A DNA stretch of 37,615 nt, from IMG/VR virus record IMGVR_UViG_3300035662_003140; one strand, given 5' to 3'. This stretch comes from a virus. Below, in pieces: positions 1-8,763 of this stretch (position 1 is its first letter; each line of letters begins with the position of its first letter). A program made the position numbers and the translations under genes. Below the pieces are notes generated by a model. The model was given only the letters and a program-made list of their open reading frames with translations. It did no database searches and was not told where the DNA came from.

Positions 1-4
1 CAAT

Positions 5-610
5 ATGGGTGGCGGAAAATATCCAGAAGATGTTAAGACTTATATTCAGCCTTCTATTAACTTTGCTAAATACGACCCAGATATTAAAGGTCTTGGAGCT
101 ATGGGCGAAGAAGAGCCGGAACTGACCATGCAATACCACACTGATTTTCATTTAGATAAAATACTTAGACCATGTGAGAACTTTATGCTTACTTGTAATA
201 TCTATTGGAATGACGACTATGACGGTGGAGAAGTAACATTTTTGGTTCATGGTAAAGTTGTTGACTATAAACCTGTTGCAGGGGATGTGGTAGTTTTCCC
301 TTCCGGTTCGTATCTTTTTCCTGGCGATGAGCCATACTTCCATGGTGTTCGTACTGTAAAGAACGGTAATAAATTTATTTCTAGAAACTATTTAATGTAT
401 TCTCAGCCAGCTAGCCAAAATTGGATTGACGGAGTAGCAAAATATGGAGAAGAAGAATGGTTGAAAATGGAGAAAGAACGTCAGGCAAAGGATAAAATTG
501 CCCCTAACGTTGTTGTGTTAGACTACCATAACCCACCGCCAGGTAAGGATTTCGATTTATTATATAACCCTGTAGTAAAAGAATACTATTGGAAAAAGGA
601 CAAAAAATAA
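5..610 (+). CDS. Fe(II)/2-oxoglutarate dioxygenase, prolyl-4-hydroxylase-like fold (5' end may extend beyond window)
   Basis: HxD (HTDFHLDK), 'IYWNDDYDGGEVTF' and distal 'YFHGVRTVKNGNKFISRNYLMY' motifs typical of the 2OG-FeII_Oxy double-stranded beta helix; ORF opens at the window edge. Confidence 0.82.
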   Translation: MGGGKYPEDVKTYIQPSINFAKYDPDIKGLGAMGEEEPELTMQYHTDFHLDKILRPCENFMLTCNIYWNDDYDGGEVTFLVHGKVVDYKPVAGDVVVFPSGSYLFPGDEPYFHGVRTVKNGNKFISRNYLMYSQPASQNWIDGVAKYGEEEWLKMEKERQAKDKIAPNVVVLDYHNPPPGKDFDLLYNPVVKEYYWKKDKK

Positions 611-611
611 T

Positions 612-1196
612 ATGTACAAAGGAAATAGCCAACAAGAGAAGTTTGTAGTAGACCTCCTAAAAGGAAAAAGAAATGGGTACTACGTAGAGTTAGGTGGCTT
701 TAATTCTACTATGGGGAGCAACACGTATCATCTTGAAAATGACTATGATTGGAACGGTGTTTCTTTTGAAATAGTAGATGAACGTAGAGAAGAGTTTCTT
801 TCTAACAGAAAAAATCCCTGTTTTGGAGATGCGCTAAAGTTTGATTATATCTCATATTTTGAAGCCAACCATTTCCCAAAACAAATAGATTATTTACAGG
901 TTGATATAGACGCAGGCTATGACCTATCTTTGAGACCCCTAGGCAATGCCTATACAACCCTACATGGCCTGATAACCGTGCCACTGACCCAGTACAGATT
1001 TTCTGTTATAACTTTTGAGCATGACGCTAATATGTACTTTAGGAATCGTGGTATGCGTGAAGCCCAAAGAGAGATTCTTGATTCATTAGGTTATACTTTA
1101 GTTGTGAGAGATATCCACGAAGATTGGTGGGTCGATCCTCTAGAAGTTAGCCCTGAAGAATATAGGAAATATTTAAGATGGCAAACCCTAACTTAG
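612..1196 (+). CDS. FkbM-like SAM-dependent methyltransferase
   Basis: 'GYYVELGGFNSTMGSNTYHLENDYDWNGVSFEI' resembles the FkbM SAM-binding motif I and following region; 'IDYLQVDIDAG' and 'ITFEHDA' match later FkbM motifs. Confidence 0.7.
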   Translation: MYKGNSQQEKFVVDLLKGKRNGYYVELGGFNSTMGSNTYHLENDYDWNGVSFEIVDERREEFLSNRKNPCFGDALKFDYISYFEANHFPKQIDYLQVDIDAGYDLSLRPLGNAYTTLHGLITVPLTQYRFSVITFEHDANMYFRNRGMREAQREILDSLGYTLVVRDIHEDWWVDPLEVSPEEYRKYLRWQTLT

Positions 1197-1206
1197 GATT
1201 TTATTT

Positions 1207-1815
1207 ATGAGCGCATTGTACCCAACTATAATAGTAGAAAAGTTTTTTTCTGATGAAGAATGCAATCTTTTGTTAGACAATATAAAAAATTCAGGTAAAG
1301 AATTTGACGTTATAGACTACGGTGGTGGAGACAAAGGCAAAAGTTACTTTAATGTTTCAGATCTTCCTATGAAAAGTTATTACGACGCTTTAAACAAGTT
1401 CATAGAAAAAAATTACAATTGCTCTATCGTTTCATCACGCGGGAAAAGCGTTGCAAGATACACTAAAGATCAAAACATTAATTTGCATCAGGATTGGGAT
1501 CCTAAGTCCCCGGATGTAGTTGAGCACAGCAAGCCCCAGGTGCATATATCTAGTATTACCTATCTTAACGAAGATTTTATTGGTGGAGAAATTGTAATTG
1601 CAGAAACTAGTAAAAATATAGATAAGTCGAGTGATGAACAAAGACAATTGGTGTTGGAGCAGATTGCAAATAACTCTACCCTAATGACTGTTACGCCAAA
1701 AACTGGTTTAACTATTTTTTTTGATGCGCTGTGCTGGCATATAACTAATCCGATAAGTTCAGGCATAAAATACTGCTATACTGATTTTTACTCAATAGAG
1801 AAAGTAGAAAGCTAA
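1207..1815 (+). CDS. Fe(II)/2OG dioxygenase
   Basis: 'NLHQDWD' HxD, 'ITYLNEDFIGGEIVI', 'PKTGLTIFFDALCWHITNPISSGIKYCYTDFYS'. Confidence 0.8.
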   Translation: MSALYPTIIVEKFFSDEECNLLLDNIKNSGKEFDVIDYGGGDKGKSYFNVSDLPMKSYYDALNKFIEKNYNCSIVSSRGKSVARYTKDQNINLHQDWDPKSPDVVEHSKPQVHISSITYLNEDFIGGEIVIAETSKNIDKSSDEQRQLVLEQIANNSTLMTVTPKTGLTIFFDALCWHITNPISSGIKYCYTDFYSIEKVES

Positions 1816-2603
1816 TGATAGTTAAGCACTTGGGTGGGGGCATTGTCCTCATAGAAGATCTTCTAAGTAAAGAAGAGCTAGATTCCATTAATCTTGATTT
1901 AGTTGTAGAGAAGTGCCCAGTCCAAGGATTCAAGGCTGTTGGGGAAAAACTATTCCTAGAAGGGGGTTACGAAATAAAAGACCAACAAGAAGATATACCC
2001 AGCTTTGCTAGTAGGTATTCGGAAAATATTGAATCACTTCCCTTTTACCCAACTGTAGATGAAGCTATGTATCGTGGGGTTGTTGAGTATTGTAAAATTT
2101 TTCCTGTCGCTGTTGAATCTATAACTAATTGCGTTGGTCGTCATTTTATCAAATATGTTTCTGGTAACTTTATGGGCCCACATTCTGATTCCTCATTGTC
2201 TTACAAGCAAGGGACCGTTGAACCAACCTCCGCTATTGCTCTAGGTAACACTATCACTGTATCAATTATATTAAACGACCAGTTTGAAGGTGGTTCTATA
2301 TTATTTAATACATGGGGACTCAAAGTAGAGCCAAAACCTGGTTCAGCCTTATACTATCCCTCTAATTATATTGGGTCTCATGAGGTCAAAGAAGTTACCT
2401 CTGGAGTTCGTTGGGCTTATCTTGCTTTTTATGCCCACGGTGATAGAACTTTTACTTCTAACGCATCTTTAGAAAAATACCCAGAAAGATACCAATGGAC
2501 AATGAAGTTGAGAGAAGACATAAAAAAAGCCTGCGAAGAAGACGGCTTAATTGGCGAAGATGTTGATATACTTAACTTAAATCGTCTTCAAAGAAAAGTA
2601 TAA
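1815..2603 (+). CDS. Fe(II)/2OG dioxygenase
   Basis: 'GPHSDSS' HxD, 'SIILNDQFEGGSILF', 'PKPGSALYYPSNYIGSHEVKEVTSGVRWAYLAF'; start codon overlaps upstream stop (TAATG). Confidence 0.82.
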   Translation: MIVKHLGGGIVLIEDLLSKEELDSINLDLVVEKCPVQGFKAVGEKLFLEGGYEIKDQQEDIPSFASRYSENIESLPFYPTVDEAMYRGVVEYCKIFPVAVESITNCVGRHFIKYVSGNFMGPHSDSSLSYKQGTVEPTSAIALGNTITVSIILNDQFEGGSILFNTWGLKVEPKPGSALYYPSNYIGSHEVKEVTSGVRWAYLAFYAHGDRTFTSNASLEKYPERYQWTMKLREDIKKACEEDGLIGEDVDILNLNRLQRKV

Positions 2604-2604
2604 A

Positions 2605-3858
2605 ATGATTGACAATGGACCAAAAAAAGTTACGGATTGGGCAACTGATTTTGATCATGGCTCCCAAGAATGGGCAGATGACCCATATGCTATTATAAAC
2701 GAATTAAAAAACGCTGGTTGCCCAATAGCACACACAGAGCGTTACGGGGGGATGTGGGTTCCTACAACTTATGACATGATTAAGCAAATATTCCTTGATA
2801 CAAAGAATTTTAGTAGCGAGGGCACTATTATCCGAGAAGAAAGGCCGTACCAGCAGGCTATTTTTTTAAAAGAAACTGCATCTCCTATAGGCATTATGCC
2901 TCCAATAACTTCTGACCCGCCATTCCATAAAATAGCTAGGAATTTGTTATCTCCTATTTTTTCTCCAGATGTAATTGCATTGTGGCATGATGAAATAGGG
3001 ACGACGTGTAATAGGCTTATAAGATCAATGGAAAATCAAAAAAGCTCTGAGCTTATGCACTCTTACTGTAATAGAATCCCATCTATAATAATAGCAAAAA
3101 TGCTAGGTGTCCCAGAACAGGATATTGATAAATTTGATGATTGGGTAACTTTTTTTATGCACGATATAAATGAGCCACCAAGTAGAGATCGTTTTATAAA
3201 ATACTTAAAATATAAAAAATACATGGAGAATCATGTTGATGATCACATAAAAAATCCAAAAAAAGATATTATTAGTTATTTATTGAGCTGCAATATTGAA
3301 GATAAAACATTATCAATACCTTACTTAATTGGGATAATTACTTTAATACTAGTGGCAGGGGTGCATACCGTGTCTAGCGTTATGGGTTCATCATTATGGC
3401 ACCTTGCAACCAACCCAGTAGACCGTCGTCGTTTGGTAGAAAACCCAGACATGATTCCTACAGCTGTTGAAGAGTTCCTTCGTGCATATGCGCCTGTGAC
3501 TATAGCCCGCCTTTTGAAAGAAGACATAGAATTCCATGGCGTACAGATGAAGAAAGAAGATTGGGTACTTCTCTCTCTTCCCGCAGCTAACCGTGACGAA
3601 AAGCAATTTGCAAACGCGCATGAGGTTATAATTGACCGTGAAGACAATCGCCATGCTGCCTTTGGCCTTGGGGTCCACAGCTGCCTTGGATCAAGTCTTG
3701 CTCGTCTAGAGCTTAAGGTTGCAATATCAACTTTTCTTGAAAATTTTCCAAATTTTTGGGTTGATCCGCATACTGAAGTTAAGTGGAGTACAGGGCAAGT
3801 TAGGGGTCCGTTAAATTTATCACTTATATTTGGAGACGATAAAAAGCCCGGTAATTAG
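2605..3858 (+). CDS. Cytochrome P450
   Basis: Heme-binding motif 'AFGLGVHSCLGSSLARLELK', ExxR 'EEFLRAYAP', I-helix 'LILVAGVHTVSSVMGSSLWHLATNP', N-terminal 'DPYAIINELKNAGCPIAHTERYGGMWVPTTYDMIKQIFLD'. Confidence 0.96.
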   Translation: MIDNGPKKVTDWATDFDHGSQEWADDPYAIINELKNAGCPIAHTERYGGMWVPTTYDMIKQIFLDTKNFSSEGTIIREERPYQQAIFLKETASPIGIMPPITSDPPFHKIARNLLSPIFSPDVIALWHDEIGTTCNRLIRSMENQKSSELMHSYCNRIPSIIIAKMLGVPEQDIDKFDDWVTFFMHDINEPPSRDRFIKYLKYKKYMENHVDDHIKNPKKDIISYLLSCNIEDKTLSIPYLIGIITLILVAGVHTVSSVMGSSLWHLATNPVDRRRLVENPDMIPTAVEEFLRAYAPVTIARLLKEDIEFHGVQMKKEDWVLLSLPAANRDEKQFANAHEVIIDREDNRHAAFGLGVHSCLGSSLARLELKVAISTFLENFPNFWVDPHTEVKWSTGQVRGPLNLSLIFGDDKKPGN

Positions 3859-3914
3859 AGGTTGCTAAATAATTCTTTATATGGTAATCTTAACAAAAGA
3901 ATGTGAGGATATAA

Positions 3915-4478
3915 ATGAATTTTCCTACCTTAATAGCAGACAAATTAATCTCCAACGAAGACTGCAACTTTTTATTAGATGGGATTTCTGAATGTAAGTT
4001 TCAGCAGTACAACAACGCTGAGTCCTATAGGCCAGAAGATGATGACGATATGTTTAATGGTAATGTATCTAAATACAATAAATTTAAAGATATTATTTTA
4101 GGACTATCATCTTTTGTTGAAAAACATTACGCCGTGCGCGTTCTTAATATTTATGGTAATGTTTTTATGAAATATGAAAATACCCAAAACATAAGATTAC
4201 ATAAAGATTATGATATGGACGATCCGTATCAAGCTGCTAAAGAACCATTTAATATTAGCAGTGTTTTTTATCTTAACGATGATTACCAAGGTGGAAAACT
4301 TATCTTTCCAAATGAATCTGACAAACCTATTACCGAAAGAGAAAATAGACTTGAGTTTATCCCAAAACAAGGTTCTGTAATATTTTTTGACTCAATCTCG
4401 ATACATTATACTGACCTGGTAACTTACGGTACTAAGTATGTTCTCACTAACTTTTATGACGTGTTAGAAAATAACTAG
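3915..4478 (+). CDS. Fe(II)/2OG dioxygenase, prolyl-4-hydroxylase-like
   Basis: 'IRLHKDYD' HxD, 'VFYLNDDYQGGKLIFP', 'PKQGSVIFFDSISIHYTDLVTYGTKYVLTNFY'. Confidence 0.83.
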   Translation: MNFPTLIADKLISNEDCNFLLDGISECKFQQYNNAESYRPEDDDDMFNGNVSKYNKFKDIILGLSSFVEKHYAVRVLNIYGNVFMKYENTQNIRLHKDYDMDDPYQAAKEPFNISSVFYLNDDYQGGKLIFPNESDKPITERENRLEFIPKQGSVIFFDSISIHYTDLVTYGTKYVLTNFYDVLENN

Positions 4479-4492
4479 AAAGAAGTCAACAA

Positions 4493-5209
4493 ATGAAAAA
4501 TTTTTGGAATGAAGAAGTAATGGATATTCCAATATGTCAAGATTTATGCGAAAACTGGGAAGAGATCAGGGATGAAGCCTTACTTTACTTAGGAAAGCCG
4601 CATCCTTATTCTAGAGATAAATCACCAATACTTAAATACCCGACCTATACCAAACCAAGTATTGATAACCCAGAGGTCAAACAGAGAATATATGATGGGG
4701 ACTGGGGAATAGCACCTTTGGGTATAAAAACCCCAAAAGAAGATAAGAACGACAAAAATTTTGGACATAACCGTTTATTCGGTACGAGCGAAAAATTCTT
4801 AGAAAAATACACTAAATGGAACACAGGAAAGACCGTTGATGAAAACTTAGAATTTCAATCAACTCAATTTCCCTTTTTCCATAACATATTACAAAAACAT
4901 GACGCAGGGTGTTTAATGAGCGCTGCTCTCAGTTTACTTACCCCAGGTTCGGTAATCAACCCACATACTGGAGGAGAAGGTTTTATCAGATGCCATTTAT
5001 GCTTAGTTAACGATCAAGGTTGTTCAATGACAGTTAACGGCGAAACACAAAAATGGGAAAATGGTAAAATAACAGCTTTTGAAGACAGATTAACGCATTC
5101 TGTAATTCACGCAGGAACTCAAAATAGATTAGTTTTATTATTTGATATTAGCCTTGAGTATGCAAAAAGATATATTAAAGATGAAGATTTTCAAGGGCTA
5201 GGTAATTAA
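4493..5209 (+). CDS. Aspartyl/asparaginyl beta-hydroxylase-family dioxygenase
   Basis: 'LTPGSVINPHTGGEGFIRCHLCLVNDQGCSMTVNGETQKWENGKITAFEDRLTHSVIHAGTQNRLVLLFDI' matches the Asp_Arg_Hydrox pattern. Confidence 0.87.
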   Translation: MKNFWNEEVMDIPICQDLCENWEEIRDEALLYLGKPHPYSRDKSPILKYPTYTKPSIDNPEVKQRIYDGDWGIAPLGIKTPKEDKNDKNFGHNRLFGTSEKFLEKYTKWNTGKTVDENLEFQSTQFPFFHNILQKHDAGCLMSAALSLLTPGSVINPHTGGEGFIRCHLCLVNDQGCSMTVNGETQKWENGKITAFEDRLTHSVIHAGTQNRLVLLFDISLEYAKRYIKDEDFQGLGN

Positions 5210-5210
5210 T

Positions 5211-5915
5211 ATGGAACAAGCTTTTTGGGATGAAGAAGTAATGGCGATACCAGTTTGTCAAGAAATAGTTAAAAACTGGGAAAAAATTAAAGAAGAAGCT
5301 TTATCTTTTATTAACACAAAAAATCCAAATACAAAAAATAAAAAATCCACAACTTTGCTTACTTCAAAATTTATGAAAATACCTAAAATAAAAAACGATA
5401 AAATAACAGAAGAATTCGTAACGGTTTCTGACAAAGGTTCTTGGGAAGTAGTATATGTTGGAAAAAATAAAATTAGATCAAACTCAGGTGAATTTAGTAA
5501 ATTAAATGATTTTTATCAAAGAATTACATTAAAAAATACTGGAAAAACTATAGAAGAGAATGCAGAATACGCAATCAAGTTTTTTAAGACTTATAATGAA
5601 ATAGTTGAATTTTTTGCTCCAGGCGAATGCTCGGCATCTACCTTAAGTATAGTCTCCCCTGGCACTTCTATATCCCCTCATTTTGGGGCACCGGGGTTTC
5701 TTAGGTGCCACCTATGCCTTGTGAATGATAGTGGTTGCACTATAACAATTGGCGAAGAACAAAGACAATGGCACGAGGGTAAATTGCTAGCTTTTAAAGA
5801 TGGTGGCCCATACGCTCACTCAGTAAATCACACTGGCACCAGAGATAGAATTGTGTTAATATTTGATATTAGCCTTGATTACGCAAGAAAATATATTAAA
5901 AACACGGATTTCTAA
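5211..5915 (+). CDS. Aspartyl/asparaginyl beta-hydroxylase-family dioxygenase (tandem paralog of previous gene)
   Basis: 'VSPGTSISPHFGAPGFLRCHLCLVNDSGCTITIGEEQRQWHEGKLLAFKDGGPYAHSVNHTGTRDRIVLIFDISLDYARKYI' parallels the preceding ORF. Confidence 0.86.
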   Translation: MEQAFWDEEVMAIPVCQEIVKNWEKIKEEALSFINTKNPNTKNKKSTTLLTSKFMKIPKIKNDKITEEFVTVSDKGSWEVVYVGKNKIRSNSGEFSKLNDFYQRITLKNTGKTIEENAEYAIKFFKTYNEIVEFFAPGECSASTLSIVSPGTSISPHFGAPGFLRCHLCLVNDSGCTITIGEEQRQWHEGKLLAFKDGGPYAHSVNHTGTRDRIVLIFDISLDYARKYIKNTDF

Positions 5916-5928
5916 AGATTGGAAAAAA

Positions 5929-7110
5929 ATGCAGCCTGTACATGTAGTAGGTTATGGGATAATTGATGGGTTGGGCAATAACCCTAGTGATTGTTTTTTA
6001 AATTCCCTAAATGATAAAGATTTTACTGTTGATCTTGATTTTATGATTCAACAAAAGCTTCAAATCACCAGAGGAATACGTGTCGATGATTCTGGTATAT
6101 CGCTTCCTAAATCATTAGATGAAAAATCATTAAGACACATGACAAGAACACAGAAAATTGCCATACATGCGGTTGAACAAGCAATGAATATGTCCGGGTT
6201 GCCTATGTCCTCTAACGTTGCCGTTATTTATTCTAGCGTGTCTAACGACAGCGAATCTATAGAATATATGTCTGACAAATTCCTAAATAACAAAAGAGCA
6301 CATCCGCTCATTGTTCTTAATAGAATACCAGACATAATAGCTTCTCACATATGTGGCCATTACGGATTTATGGGCACTTCTTTTGCCCTCATGGCATCGT
6401 GCGCAACTGGTTTGCTTTCGATAGACTATGCAATGAGATTATGTGACGAATATGATTATGTTATAGTTGGTGGCAGCGACGCCCCTGTGCATGGCATGGC
6501 GATGAAGTACTTCAGTGCCCTCGGTGCCTTAGGTAACCGCAATGCTCCATTCGACGATAGTAGAGAAGGGTTTATTATGGCCGATGGTGCTGGAGTATTG
6601 ATACTGCAAAGCTCAGAAAAAGTTAAAGAATTTGGTTCAAGAGATTACGCAAAATTATACCCAGTAGGGTCAGCTTCTGATGCCCTTAGCTTAACATCGC
6701 CTGCCGAAGATGGCAGAGGGTCAAAAATTGCCATGAAAAAAGCACTGCGATACGTAGAAAATATAGATGTCATTTCTGCTCATGCAACCTCTACAGTAGT
6801 AGGCGATCCTATAGAATATTCAGTAGTTTCAGAAATGCTACCAAACACACCGATATATGCTCCAAAAAGTAAAACTGGTCATACTCTAGCTGCTTCCGGT
6901 ATTATAGAAACTATTTACGCAATAGAATCTTCAAAAAACGGAATAATACCGCACTGCCAAAATCTTAAAAATTGTTCATTTGATACTAACAAGACCCTAA
7001 CAAGAGAGCCTATTACTATTAATAAAGAAGTAATAAGAACTTTAAACAATTCTTTTGGATTCGGCGGGAAGTCAGCCAGCCAAGTGATAGAGGTAACAAA
7101 AAATGATTGA
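5929..7110 (+). CDS. Beta-ketoacyl-[ACP] synthase, FabF/KS family
   Basis: Active site 'ASCATG', 'HATSTVVGDPIEY', 'PKSKTGHTLAASG', 'NNSFGFGG'; start taken as ATG 5929 (MQPVHVVGYG) rather than the upstream 5863 codon, which overlaps the previous gene. Confidence 0.93.
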   Translation: MQPVHVVGYGIIDGLGNNPSDCFLNSLNDKDFTVDLDFMIQQKLQITRGIRVDDSGISLPKSLDEKSLRHMTRTQKIAIHAVEQAMNMSGLPMSSNVAVIYSSVSNDSESIEYMSDKFLNNKRAHPLIVLNRIPDIIASHICGHYGFMGTSFALMASCATGLLSIDYAMRLCDEYDYVIVGGSDAPVHGMAMKYFSALGALGNRNAPFDDSREGFIMADGAGVLILQSSEKVKEFGSRDYAKLYPVGSASDALSLTSPAEDGRGSKIAMKKALRYVENIDVISAHATSTVVGDPIEYSVVSEMLPNTPIYAPKSKTGHTLAASGIIETIYAIESSKNGIIPHCQNLKNCSFDTNKTLTREPITINKEVIRTLNNSFGFGGKSASQVIEVTKND

Positions 7111-8035
7111 ATCTGAAAAACAACTAATAAACGAGTTAAACCCAGCTATAGAATTTTTGCTAGACAGGCATATCTCTGCTACAAAAAAATGGAACCCGCA
7201 TGAATACATACCATGGGAAAGAGGTTCACGCTTAACCAACGAAGGTTTTCTTTACGGGGAAGATTCAATATCAAATAATCTAAGATCAGCTTTTATAGTT
7301 ACTTTGTTAACTGAAGATAGTCTACCCTGGTACGCTAGAACACTTTCGGAGGTGTTTGGAAGAGAATCTGTTGTAGGGGAATGGATTCATAGATGGACAG
7401 CAGAAGAAGCAAGGCACTCATACGTTCTTCGTTCTTATATAACTTTGTCTGGGATAATGGACCCAGTAAAATTAGAGCAAGATAGAATTGCATTTGTTAG
7501 TACAGGCAGGGTCCCAGAACTAGGTAGAGATAAAATTACTAATGACTACTTAGACGGTTATGGTGTTTGTCAATCATTTGCTTACACCACTATACAGGAA
7601 TTAAGTGCTAGGTCTTCCTATTTTAACATGGCTCAACAGCTTGATGATAAAGCTGGGTATGAGATTTTGAAACGTATTCTAACCGATGAAAATCACCACT
7701 TTATTTTTTACAGAGACGCAGTAAAAGAAATATTAAAAATTGATCCATCATCCATGATGACAAGTTTATCAAAAGTAATAATGCAGTTTGAAATGCCGGG
7801 AGTTGGTGCCCCAGGATACGCGCAGCACGCGAGAAATATTTCCGATGGTGGTATCTACAGTATAAGGTCGTACTACGAAGATGTGCTAATGCCAATATTG
7901 AAGTACTGGAATATTTTTAATATCACCGGACTAAACAGTGCGGCTGAACAATCTAGGGATGACCTTATTAAATTTCTTAGTAGATTAAAAAAGATAATTC
8001 AAAGAAAATATGGAATAATATATAATGACTTTTAA
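7103..8035 (+). CDS. Acyl-ACP desaturase (ferritin-like diiron, DesA / plant stearoyl-ACP desaturase family)
   Basis: 'LLTEDSLPWYARTL', 'WIHRWTAEEARHSYVLRSYI', 'DPVKLEQDRIAFVSTG', 'YTTIQELSARSSYFNMA', second diiron motif 'DENHHFIFYRDAV'. Confidence 0.92.
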   Translation: MIESEKQLINELNPAIEFLLDRHISATKKWNPHEYIPWERGSRLTNEGFLYGEDSISNNLRSAFIVTLLTEDSLPWYARTLSEVFGRESVVGEWIHRWTAEEARHSYVLRSYITLSGIMDPVKLEQDRIAFVSTGRVPELGRDKITNDYLDGYGVCQSFAYTTIQELSARSSYFNMAQQLDDKAGYEILKRILTDENHHFIFYRDAVKEILKIDPSSMMTSLSKVIMQFEMPGVGAPGYAQHARNISDGGIYSIRSYYEDVLMPILKYWNIFNITGLNSAAEQSRDDLIKFLSRLKKIIQRKYGIIYNDF

Positions 8036-8729
8036 AAAACAATGGCAAGATGAAGGTTACTTTATAGTAGAGAACCTTATACCAGAAGAGTCAATAGAAG
8101 CTTACTCTAAGCTGTGGATAGAAAATCACGGAGAAATTGTAGATGGAAAACTATCTTTAGTTAACCCTAATGGCTGGGAAGGGTATCATACCTATCTAGA
8201 GCATGTTTCTATACTGGAGATTTTTTGTGGATCCGATATTCCAACAATTATCGAAGAAGCTATTGGGTCTCCGGCTGGTCTTCATCTTAATTTTACGGGA
8301 TGGATTTCTACTAGAAAGACATGGCATCAAGATATAACTTACGGTGACAAAGACCATGCCGATAACCACATAGGGGTTTGGGTAGCCTTAGAAGATATCG
8401 ATTATAGATCTGGTCCATTCCAGCTTATACCAAAATCTCACAAATGGGATATTGATTTTAAAGAAATTTATCCAAATCATTTAAGCGAAAAAGCATCCGA
8501 GTACTTTGCAGAAAAGCTGCTAGAAGAATCTCCACCAGGCGTCACGTTTACCGCAAAGAAGGGTGACGTTATCTTCTGGCATGGTCACACTGTGCATAGA
8601 GGCGATATGCCAATAGATGAGTCCATTACTCGCAAGAGTATCATAGGGCACTTTGCTTCTCTAAATGTTGGTATGTTGGCGCAACAAAAAAGCTTGCCGT
8701 ATAAAAATGGACATTACTTTAATCTTTAA
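8025..8729 (+). CDS. Phytanoyl-CoA dioxygenase (PhyH)-family Fe(II)/2OG dioxygenase
   Basis: 'TWHQDITYGDKDHADNHIGVWVALEDIDYRSGPFQLIPKSHKW' and 'KKGDVIFWHGHTVHRGDMPIDESITRKSIIGHF'. Confidence 0.92.
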   Translation: MTFKKQWQDEGYFIVENLIPEESIEAYSKLWIENHGEIVDGKLSLVNPNGWEGYHTYLEHVSILEIFCGSDIPTIIEEAIGSPAGLHLNFTGWISTRKTWHQDITYGDKDHADNHIGVWVALEDIDYRSGPFQLIPKSHKWDIDFKEIYPNHLSEKASEYFAEKLLEESPPGVTFTAKKGDVIFWHGHTVHRGDMPIDESITRKSIIGHFASLNVGMLAQQKSLPYKNGHYFNL

Positions 8730-8763
8730 ATTCTTTTAGCTAAAAAAGGGTTACTATATCCTT

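Noticed and set aside
3321-3678. Antisense ORFs 3321..3647 and 3394..3678
   Set aside because: They lie opposite the P450 gene, whose hallmark motifs are clear.
5863-5928. Upstream extension of the KS ORF (MILALITQENILKTRISKDWKK)
   Set aside because: It overlaps the 3' end of the previous gene, and typical KS N-termini begin near MQPVHVVGYG at 5929.
7701-7895. Antisense ORF 7701..7895
   Set aside because: Opposite the acyl-ACP desaturase gene; no independent support.
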